DNA of 32,000 nucleotides, taken from Planctomycetales bacterium (lineage in GTDB: Bacteria; 4484-113; JAFGCY01). Positions 1 to 9,473 of this stretch are shown here, piece by piece. The notes under the pieces are model-generated. The model was not told the DNA's origin, searched no databases, and worked only from the letters and a program-made list of their open reading frames with translations. Every line of letters begins with the position of its first letter. The first letter of the stretch is position 1. Location of the stretch: the NCBI GenBank assembly GCA_022646745.1, contig CP060262.1:3540001-3572000 (forward strand), read 5' to 3'. Position numbers and translations under genes: made by a program.

Positions 1-817
1 CAGCGATGCCGACAGGCCTGGTGTCGGGGGCAAGTGCGTAACTGAGGCTGCCGGGCTGCAGGCCGACAGCCGCCGGGTAATCACCATTGCGCGAAATGCT
101 CAGCCCGGATTCCGGGAAGAAGGGATCCAGCAGCAGCTCCTCAGGCTCGCCATCACGGCTGACATAGATGCGGTAGCCGTCCAGGCTTTCCAGCCAGTGC
201 TGCGCGATCACCGTTATGTCAGCGGCATTGATTACCCCATCAAGGTTGCCATCGATCCGCCCAAGCGCATAGTCGTCCGGATAGTCTCCATGGGCTCCAG
301 GGATTTCCACCGGCGTATAGTTGAGGGTGCTACCCCAGTGCTGGGCGAGCGGCACGAGGTCTGAGGAGTTGACAACACCGTTGCCATCGTAATCCCCGGG
401 CTGGTACTCATTGATGAGCAGCTCCGCTGCGACCGGTGAATCCGGCACTTCGCCCTGCATTTCGTAGGCGAATATCCCCGCATAGCGCAGGTACACACCG
501 CTGGGTGCCTTGGTCTGGGTTGCAGAGATGTCCTTGCCGGCTGCACTCAGTTCACGGCCAAGCATATCCGAGAGATTGCTGAGAAGTTGCTGGTCCGTGC
601 CAGCCTGGTTAGTCTGTTGATCGGCTGCCAGGTCCTGCGCAGCTTTGATGTCCACCGGGCCAGTGGCAGTATGTGGCAGTCCTGTACCCGCAGGTGCTTC
701 CAGCGTAGCCGGATAATCAGCATTGGCCTGCTGCAAAGTGCTGCCTCCCCCGCAGCCGCCAATCAGCAGCAGTCCCATTGCGGTGGCAGCCAGTTGTCCC
801 AGTCTCCCCTTAAGCAT
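1..817 (-). CDS. Predicted lipoprotein with dockerin-type (EF-hand-like Ca-binding) repeats; N-terminal 272 codons only, continues beyond left edge
   Basis: Not in the supplied ORF track because it is open to the window edge. Manual minus-strand translation from ATG (complement of 815-817) gives 272 stop-free codons: MLKGRLGQLAATAMGLLLIGGCGGGSTLQQAN... There is a signal peptide with lipobox L-I-G-G-C and a GGGAGA Shine-Dalgarno a few nt upstream. Two repeats, DYDGNGVVNSSDLVPLAQHWGS and IDGNLDGVINAADITVIAQHWLES, fit the dockerin type I repeat pattern. Confidence 0.75.
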   Translation of the reverse strand, partial: MLKGRLGQLAATAMGLLLIGGCGGGSTLQQANADYPATLEAPAGTGLPHTATGPVDIKAAQDLAADQQTNQAGTDQQLLSNLSDMLGRELSAAGKDISATQTKAPSGVYLRYAGIFAYEMQGEVPDSPVAAELLINEYQPGDYDGNGVVNSSDLVPLAQHWGSTLNYTPVEIPGAHGDYPDDYALGRIDGNLDGVINAADITVIAQHWLESLDGYRIYVSRDGEPEELLLDPFFPESGLSISRNGDYPAAVGLQPGSLSYALAPDTRPVGIA

Positions 818-1080
818 TGCAGTCTCCCTGATATCAAACAGGATCGGCCCTGGTTAAATGATAGGCAGTTTGCCGGCCTGCCACAACGTACACTCCCGCG
901 GATTCCGAGGGGAGACACTTGGCCTGGTCGCAGTAAGCCAGAATAGGAGAGCAGCCAGTTGCGCAGGATCGCAAATGACGGGATTGATCAACCCAGGCCG
1001 CAGGATGCGATAAAGCCCCTGCCCTGTTGATAGATTGGTAATTGCCGGGCCCGCAAGCCTGATTAACACTGGAATTCCTG

Positions 1081-1146
1081 CAATTTCGCTAATTTGCTGG
1101 TAATTTCTCTATTACCCCTTGACGATCGGGACGGATGTGCTACAAT
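1081..1146 (+). promoter_or_regulatory. Sigma70-type promoter for the 23S rRNA gene with an AT-rich UP-like tract
   Basis: TTGACG (1119-1124), 16-nt spacer ending in TGc (extended -10), then TACAAT (1141-1146). It is preceded by an A/T-rich tract, caatttcgctaatttgctggtaatttctctatta (1081-1114). It lies about 255 nt upstream of the mature 23S 5' end. Confidence 0.6.
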
Positions 1147-1400
1147 CTCAGTCCTTTCGAATCCGGGAGGGCGGTTTTGCCGCCACTAAATCCGGGGTTC
1201 TGGGGTGGGTCGCGGGACCCGCAGTACATTGAAAATTGTTTTCTGGTGGTCGTTCGAAGGTTCCCAAGACCTTCGGACGTGGCAACTCAAACGAGAATAC
1301 ATTTTGTGTATCTCGCACAAGATCGCAATCATTAGTATCAATTAATTCATTTCAACCAGTGGATGCGTTCCACGAACAAGTCTGCAAAGTTGAGGTGAGA

Positions 1401-4336
<2,936 letters not shown>

Positions 4337-4425
4337 TTTCACTTCCTCTTTGATTCATGGCTCTTACGTCATGGATCTGGGGAAGGTGCAGGATACACAG
4401 AATGCGCCAACCACCGGAAAACAAC

Positions 4426-4473
4426 AATCCCCCGACTTTGAACCGCAAGGTGAGATATCGGGGGATTTTTTTT
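4426..4473 (+). terminator. Rho-independent terminator closing the 23S unit; probably bidirectional, also serving the convergent CDS 4548-5318
   Basis: A perfect 10-bp stem, aatcccccga (4426-4435) / tcgggggatt (4458-4467), encloses a smaller internal stem-loop and is followed by a T-run to 4473. On the minus strand the stem is followed by ttgttgtttt. Confidence 0.7.
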
Positions 4474-4547
4474 GCGCGAAATCCAAAGCTTTCCGCCGAG
4501 AGCCAGGTGGGGTTACATAAGGGGTCCTGTGAGGTTCCCGCGATGCT

Positions 4548-5318
4548 TCAGATGTCCAGCATCAGGCTGCCGCCCTGCAGCTTGCCAGCCGTTCCCCCCT
4601 CAATGTTCTCCTGCCCTTCCATGGCGGCAAGGTGCACACGGGAATAGCTGACACGCTCCAGGTTGTTGAGCCGTACCGTCAGCTCCCGGATACGCAGGGC
4701 CGCATCCAGCATCATCTGCAGGTCCTCATTGCCGGGCTCCTCTTCAAGCTGGATCTGCAGCATGCCGATTATGCCCGTCAGCGGATTGCTGATCTCGTGC
4801 ATGCTCGTGGCCACAGCGGCGCGGATCGCCTCCAGCCGTGCGCGGTCAAGCTCCCGCTCTCGCAGGGCCAGCTCCGCTTCCTCCCGCAGCCGGCGCTCAT
4901 GCTCAATGGCGAGCCGCATATCCCGGTAATCAAGCACGCGGCGGATGGTGTCCTGCAGCAGCTGGCGGTCCAGGGCATTCTTCGGGATGTAGTCAAATGC
5001 ACCGCTGCGCAGGGCCCGGGCCGAAACGAGTTCGTCACCCTGCCCCGTCAGCATCACGACTGATGGCAGCGCATCCCCCAGAGCGGAAAGTTCGGATAGC
5101 ACATCCATTCCGCTCATATCCGGCAGCAGGTAGTCAAGGAAGATGCAGTCATAGCCGGCAGGATCAGCGCTCACCGTATGGATGGCAACGCGGCCCTGCT
5201 CAATAGAGGTGATTTCCACGTCCTCGGCCACCAGCCCGAGGTAGCGGCTGATCACGTGCAGGTCGTCGGGATTGTCCTCGACAACAAGTACGCGTAGCCT
5301 TGCCAGTCTTGATTCCAC
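4548..5318 (-). CDS. Receiver (REC) domain fused to a HisKA/DHp phosphoacceptor domain, with no HATPase_c domain
   Basis: The N-terminus LRVLVVEDNPDD...CIFLDYLLPDMSG...VVMLTGQGD...DYIPK is a canonical CheY-like receiver. A coiled linker follows, then the H-box SMHEISNPLTGIIGML and a second DHp helix. The protein ends about 70 aa later without N/G1/G2 ATP-binding boxes. The start codon is GTG (complement of 5316-5318). Confidence 0.85.
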   Translation of the reverse strand: MESRLARLRVLVVEDNPDDLHVISRYLGLVAEDVEITSIEQGRVAIHTVSADPAGYDCIFLDYLLPDMSGMDVLSELSALGDALPSVVMLTGQGDELVSARALRSGAFDYIPKNALDRQLLQDTIRRVLDYRDMRLAIEHERRLREEAELALRERELDRARLEAIRAAVATSMHEISNPLTGIIGMLQIQLEEEPGNEDLQMMLDAALRIRELTVRLNNLERVSYSRVHLAAMEGQENIEGGTAGKLQGGSLMLDI

Positions 5319-5484
5319 TATTGTCAGTTGTTTCCTGGTCCGGATTAAGGGGCTGGCTGCTGCCCTGCCCTGATCAAATACTAAGCGAATAACCGGTCCG
5401 TGGAAATTGTTTCACCAATATTTGACGAGGGCCTGCCAATATCATCATCCCGGCAGATGGCTGTCCAGGCGAGCTTCAGGGTCA

Positions 5485-5925
5485 TCAACCGGGGATCAGT
5501 GCAGTGTCCAGCCAGTATTCCTTGAGGTGGCGGATCCCCTCAAGGTACTTGCCAAAGTCCACCGGCTTGAGCATATAGGAGTTAGCACCCTTCAGGTAGC
5601 ATTCGTTGACATCAACCTTGTTTGATGATGTCGTCAGGATGATCACCGGGATGCTGCCATATTCAGCGTGCGTCTTGAGGATCTGCAGGAATTCACGGCC
5701 ATCAAGGCCCGGCAGGTTGAGGTCGAGGATGATCAGGTGTGGACGCTGGGAATGCGGCAGGCTCTCACCGCTGTCAATGCCCAGGTAGCTGATTGCGAGG
5801 TTTGCGGATTCCAGATGCTTGATGTCCACCAGTGCACCAACCTTGGTGAAGGCACGCTGGGTGGCGACGTAGTCCTCGTCGTTATCCTCAATCACCATGA
5901 TCCTGACGTCAGAATAATCGCGCAT
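5485..5925 (-). CDS. Single-domain CheY-like response regulator (no output domain)
   Basis: The track ORF 5485-6261 overlaps the kinase gene. The internal ATG (complement of 5923-5925) gives MRDYSDVRIMVIEDNDEDY...LIILDLNLPGLDG...VIILTTSS...GANSYMLKP, a complete 146-aa receiver. It starts 47 nt after the kinase stop. Confidence 0.85.
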   Translation of the reverse strand: MRDYSDVRIMVIEDNDEDYVATQRAFTKVGALVDIKHLESANLAISYLGIDSGESLPHSQRPHLIILDLNLPGLDGREFLQILKTHAEYGSIPVIILTTSSNKVDVNECYLKGANSYMLKPVDFGKYLEGIRHLKEYWLDTALIPG

Positions 5926-5972
5926 CCGGCTTGATTCTATCCCAACTTGATTGATTTTGCCATTGTCGACCC

Positions 5973-8465
5973 TCAGGCAAGGCTCCGGTTGGGCCTGCTG
6001 CTGCCGAAGGTGAAATTGAACCTGGTGCCGATCCCCGGCTGCGATTCGATCCAGATCACCCCGTCGTGGCGTTCGATGATTTTCTTCACGATGCTCAATC
6101 CGACCCCGGTGCCCCCGCCGTACTTCTGCTTGCCGTGCAGCCGCTTGAATATCACCCAGATCTTCTCGTGGAACTCCTCCTCGATGCCAATGCCATTGTC
6201 CTCCACATAGAACACCGGGATGCCGAGCTCGGCATCCTCCACGAACCCAACCTCGATCCAAGGATCCTGCTTGTCGTTGTACTTCATCGCATTGCTGACA
6301 AGGTTGCGAAACACCTCACTGACCCGGGAGCGGTCGCAGAATGCAACAGGCAGCGGCCGCGGGATGCTGACCCGGGTGCCGCGTTCGCGCAGCACAACAT
6401 GCAGCGAATCCAGCACCTCACTGAGCACTTCCTGCAGGTCCACCTGTTCGCGGGCCAGGTCCACACGGCCCACACGGGAGTATTCCAGCAGTTCACTAAG
6501 GAGCTTGTCCAGGTTGCCTGTCAGGCGTGGCAGGGTACGCAGCATCTCGCGACCCGGCTCATCCAGCCGGTCATTGTAGTCCTCAAGCAGGAACTGGGCG
6601 TAGTTGCTGATACCGCGCAGGGGTTCCTTCAGGTCATGGCTGGCGATGTAGGCGAACTCGTCAAGCTCGCGGTTGGAGACCTCCAGGTCCTCGTAGGCCT
6701 GCTTCAGCGAAATCTCGGCACGCTTGCGCTCGTCAATGTCGTGGATGATGCCGGTGAACAGGTAGCCGTCGCCGACCTGTACCTTGCTGACAGCCAGGTT
6801 GGCGAAGAACTCCCTGCCGTCTATCCGCCGGGCGATGATCTCTCGCCCGATGCCGATGATCTTGGACACGCCGGTGCGCAGGTGTGCATCGATGTAGTCG
6901 TCATGCTCAACCGCCGTGCGGCTGGGCATCAGCATCGCCACGTTGTTGCCGATCACCTGGCCCCGGGTGTAGCCGAACATGTCGATGGCTGCCAGGTTGA
7001 AGTCCTGGATCACACCACGTTCATTGATGGTGATGATCGCCTCAGCTGCGTTGTCAAGCACCGCCTTCAGGCGGTCCTCACTGAGGGCCAGCTGCTCCCG
7101 GCTGAGGGCCTGCTCACGCGCGGAGCGCTCGATCTCAGCAAAGGCCTGCTTGAGGTTCAGTTCCGCACGCTTGCGCTCATCAATGTCATGGATGATGCCG
7201 GTGAACAGGTAGCCCGCACCGACCTGCACCTTGCTGACGGCCAGGTTGGCAAAGAATTCCGTGCCATCGCTGCGCCGGGCGATGATCTCACGGCCAATAC
7301 CGATGATCTTAGAGACACCGGTGCTCAGGTGTGCGTCAATGTAGCTGTCATGTTCGATCGCTGTGCGCTGCGGCATCAGCATCGATACGTTGTTGCCGAT
7401 CACCTCATCGCGCGTGTAGCCGAACATGTCAACCGCAGCCAGGTTGAAGTCCTGGATCACCCCGATTTCATTGATGGTGATGATGGCCTCTGCCGCGTTG
7501 TCAAGCACGGCCTTCAGCCTGTTCTCACTGAAGGTAAGCTGGCGCTGGCTGGCTTCCTGTTCCAGTGTGCCTTCGCTCAGCCTGGATTCCACCAGGTAGT
7601 AGGTGCGGATGTACTCAAGTGCCAGACCCGCCAGGGGCACACCATAAGCCACGATCTTGAGGCCATGGGCGATATTGAAATGGTTGTCATACAGTTCAGC
7701 CGCGCCGAAACTGCTGTGCAGCTGTACGAAAATGTTCGGCAGCATGCTCAGCCATAGGGCATGGATGAAGACTCCCGGCCGGCGGCGGTACAGGAGCGGC
7801 AGCAGCAGGGCAGCGCAGACGATGTAGATCAGCAGGGGCAGCAGGTCCAGCGGCCGCTTGACGAAGTTGTCAGGGAACATTTCCGCCGGCAGGCTGGAGG
7901 TCCGGGTGAACCAGAACATGATCAGCCAGAGCAGGATCCCGAATAAGCTGCCCAGCCAGACCACGACACGCCTGGTGTGCTGCGGCCCGCTCCTGCCGAA
8001 TTCGCTTGCCGGCAGCCACAGCAGGGCCAGGGCACCGAGAGCCGTGACCGTGGCGTTGAACATCCGGCTGCCGAACCAGGTGAGCGGGCTGAGCAGGTCA
8101 GGGTCCACCCTGGTCGCCATCAGTCCGTCAGACACGAGGATATGGAAGGCATCGAGGCAGCCGCTCCAGAACAGCAGGCTGCCGATCAGCAACACCACGG
8201 GATCCCGGGTGATGCGGTAGTTAATGAATGACAGCGTGGCGATCAGCAGGGCCAGGCTGAATGAGGTCCATTCGAGCAGGGTGTGGGCATAAACGCCGCC
8301 ATGGTTGGGGATGCCATGCAGTGCGGTGTCCGGATCACTGCCGAAGTCGAATCCAAGCAGGTTCAGGGCAGTAGGCAGGATGCAGAGGATGACAGTGAAC
8401 CATACCAGCCATATTGGCAGCGCAGTTGAACTACTGGCAGGGGGCTGCTGGTTGTCCTGATTCAT
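5973..8465 (-). CDS. Membrane sensor histidine kinase: MASE3-like polytopic N-terminal domain, two FixL-like PAS domains, HisKA, HATPase_c
   Basis: 830 aa. About 290 N-terminal residues hold multiple hydrophobic helices with the motifs AHTLLEWTSF and NIAHGLKIVAYG, which resemble MASE3. Two near-identical PAS units follow. The H-box is FAYIASHDLKEPLRGI. The C-terminal catalytic domain carries N, G1 and G2 boxes (NLVSNAMKY, VEDNGIGI, GTGVGLSIVKKI). Start is ATG at 8465. Confidence 0.93.
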   Translation of the reverse strand: MNQDNQQPPASSSTALPIWLVWFTVILCILPTALNLLGFDFGSDPDTALHGIPNHGGVYAHTLLEWTSFSLALLIATLSFINYRITRDPVVLLIGSLLFWSGCLDAFHILVSDGLMATRVDPDLLSPLTWFGSRMFNATVTALGALALLWLPASEFGRSGPQHTRRVVVWLGSLFGILLWLIMFWFTRTSSLPAEMFPDNFVKRPLDLLPLLIYIVCAALLLPLLYRRRPGVFIHALWLSMLPNIFVQLHSSFGAAELYDNHFNIAHGLKIVAYGVPLAGLALEYIRTYYLVESRLSEGTLEQEASQRQLTFSENRLKAVLDNAAEAIITINEIGVIQDFNLAAVDMFGYTRDEVIGNNVSMLMPQRTAIEHDSYIDAHLSTGVSKIIGIGREIIARRSDGTEFFANLAVSKVQVGAGYLFTGIIHDIDERKRAELNLKQAFAEIERSAREQALSREQLALSEDRLKAVLDNAAEAIITINERGVIQDFNLAAIDMFGYTRGQVIGNNVAMLMPSRTAVEHDDYIDAHLRTGVSKIIGIGREIIARRIDGREFFANLAVSKVQVGDGYLFTGIIHDIDERKRAEISLKQAYEDLEVSNRELDEFAYIASHDLKEPLRGISNYAQFLLEDYNDRLDEPGREMLRTLPRLTGNLDKLLSELLEYSRVGRVDLAREQVDLQEVLSEVLDSLHVVLRERGTRVSIPRPLPVAFCDRSRVSEVFRNLVSNAMKYNDKQDPWIEVGFVEDAELGIPVFYVEDNGIGIEEEFHEKIWVIFKRLHGKQKYGGGTGVGLSIVKKIIERHDGVIWIESQPGIGTRFNFTFGSSRPNRSLA
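6636..7529 (-). repeat. Intragenic tandem duplication: two 447-nt (149-codon) PAS-encoding units inside the kinase gene
   Basis: The DNA string gcacgcttgcgctc.tcaatgtc.tggatgatgccggtgaacaggtagcc... occurs at 6718 and again at 7165, an in-frame offset of 447 nt. The protein units are SENRLKAVLDNAAEAIITINEIGVIQDF...IHDIDERKRAE and SEDRLKAVLDNAAEAIITINERGVIQDF...IHDIDERKRAE. By my manual count they differ at about a dozen of ~125 aligned residues. Confidence 0.85.
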
Positions 8466-8627
8466 TGTGCAGCTATCCTCTTTCAGGCTTACCGATCTGT
8501 CAGTTGACTGGTGGCGATCCTGCTAGATTTTACTTCAGCAGCATGAATATGCGGATTGCACATAAAGCTGCTGGCTGATTTGCAATGGGGATTTAATCAA
8601 ACTGCGGGGCCGGATGCGGGAATCCAA

Positions 8628-8699
8628 AGCGGCAGACGGGGATCGAACCCGCAACCCTCAGCTTGGGAAGCTGATGCTCTACCATTGAGCTACTGCCGC
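8628..8699 (-). tRNA. tRNA-Gly (anticodon CCC)
   Basis: The minus-strand sequence GCGGCAGTAGCTCAATGGTAGAGCATCAGCTTCCCAAGCTGAGGGTTGCGGGTTCGATCCCCGTCTGCCGCT folds as a cloverleaf. The acceptor stem is 7 bp (GCGGCAG/CTGCCGC), the anticodon loop is TTCCCAA and the T-loop is GGTTCGATCC. The 3' CCA is not encoded. Confidence 0.9.
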
Positions 8700-8709
8700 A
8701 GGGGAATAC

Positions 8710-8737
8710 ATATTAGCGGAGATTCACCGGCATGCAA
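8710..8737 (-). promoter_or_regulatory. Putative sigma70 promoter for tRNA-Gly
   Basis: On the minus strand: TTGCAT (8737-8732), 16-nt spacer, TAATAT (8715-8710). The mature tRNA 5' end lies about 10 nt downstream. Confidence 0.45.
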
Positions 8738-8751
8738 GCTTTAATCGCTAC

Positions 8752-9396
8752 TCAGACCGGCCAGCTGTCCTGCCTGAGGCCAAGGTCCCAGAACTGGTGC
8801 TCATAGCGGATCACCTGCAGCAGGGCCTCCCCTGCCCGGTCAGCATGCTCTGGCTTCAGCAATCCATCCGCCTTGCTGCGCAGTAATCCCACATATGAGC
8901 CGAACTCGGGACAGGTCCAGTTCACGATGAAACCTGACAGTTCGCTGCTCGCGTTGCCACAATCCCTTACATGGCACCAGCCATCAAAGTAGGCCTGTTC
9001 CAGCGCCCAGTAGGCCATCAGGGCAACGGGAAAGGGTTGTTCCGAGGCCAGGTGGTTCAGGTAGGTCAGATAGTTGAAGCAGACCGGGCTCAGGGGAGCA
9101 CTGTGCACGTTTGCTCCATGCTGGTGGGCCTGTTCCTCGAACAGCTCTAGCTCGCCGCAGAGCACATCGACTGCCCCGGCCAGGGCTCGCAGCAACTCAC
9201 GGTCGGAATCGCAGCGCGAAACCAGGCGGCCGACAAAGCCGATCAGGCCGGAAACGAACAGGTAATCCTGCTCCAGCCAGCGTGCGAATCCTGTCCCATC
9301 ATTGCGTCCCTCCCCGACCTCACGCAGGAAGTCATGGCGAACGATGGCGGTCCATGCCAGCGAATTGCGTCCCAGCAGGGAGGCTGTGGTAGACAT
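8752..9396 (-). CDS. TenA/THI-4/PqqC-family protein (haem-oxygenase-like fold); thiaminase-II-like but lacking the catalytic Cys
   Basis: 214 aa. The blocks HDFLREVGEGRNDGTGFARWLEQDYLFV and VIRYEHQFWDL are colinear with B. subtilis TenA (HPFVQGIGDGTLPIDRFKYYVLQDSYYL ... YYEYQFW, recalled from memory). The segment aligned to TenA LLPCYWLY reads ALMAYWAL. Confidence 0.75.
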   Translation of the reverse strand: MSTTASLLGRNSLAWTAIVRHDFLREVGEGRNDGTGFARWLEQDYLFVSGLIGFVGRLVSRCDSDRELLRALAGAVDVLCGELELFEEQAHQHGANVHSAPLSPVCFNYLTYLNHLASEQPFPVALMAYWALEQAYFDGWCHVRDCGNASSELSGFIVNWTCPEFGSYVGLLRSKADGLLKPEHADRAGEALLQVIRYEHQFWDLGLRQDSWPV

Positions 9397-9439
9397 GGAC
9401 TAATCATCTCATCTGCATCGCGCTGGCCATCCACAGGGG

Positions 9440-9467
9440 TTGCAAGCGGGCAAGTTGCTGATATATT
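9440..9467 (+). promoter_or_regulatory. Putative sigma70 promoter abutting the nhaA start
   Basis: TTGCAA (9440-9445), 16-nt spacer, TATATT (9462-9467). The annotated GTG start is at 9474, only 6 nt after the -10 hexamer. Confidence 0.4.
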
Positions 9468-9473
9468 ACTGCG

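Noticed and set aside
587-1069. Track ORFs 587-946 (+) and 854-1069 (-), plus 232-546 and 547-762 (-).
   Set aside because: They overlap, or are out of frame with, the well-supported dockerin lipoprotein frame, or they lie in the rRNA promoter-upstream spacer. They have no SD and no recognisable motifs.
1147-1400. Searched the 23S leader for a boxA-type antitermination element or an embedded tRNA.
   Set aside because: There is no TGCTCTTTAACAA-like string and no cloverleaf. Only a small hairpin (gaaggt-tcccaag-accttc) is present, which is not diagnostic.
4337-4547. Looked for a 5S rRNA gene downstream of the 23S.
   Set aside because: Only ~90 nt lie between the 23S end and the terminator. 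None of the conserved 5S blocks (CCGAAC..., AGAAGTGAAAC-like, helix I termini) are visible on either strand.
5926-6261. The N-terminal extension of track ORF 5485-6261.
   Set aside because: It overlaps the 3' end of the kinase gene in another frame. The receiver domain begins at the internal Met (5925).
6066-7757. A 563-aa ORF on the plus strand opposite the histidine kinase.
   Set aside because: It is an antisense shadow ORF. The composition is low-complexity and rich in V, D, L, A and G, typical of the reverse frame of GC-rich genes. No motifs are present, and the opposite frame has unambiguous PAS, HisKA and HATPase motifs.
8560-8760. Checked tRNA-Gly as a possible genomic-island integration site.
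   Set aside because: No integrase is present, no direct repeat of the tRNA 3' end was noticed nearby, and the flanking genes look like ordinary chromosomal genes.
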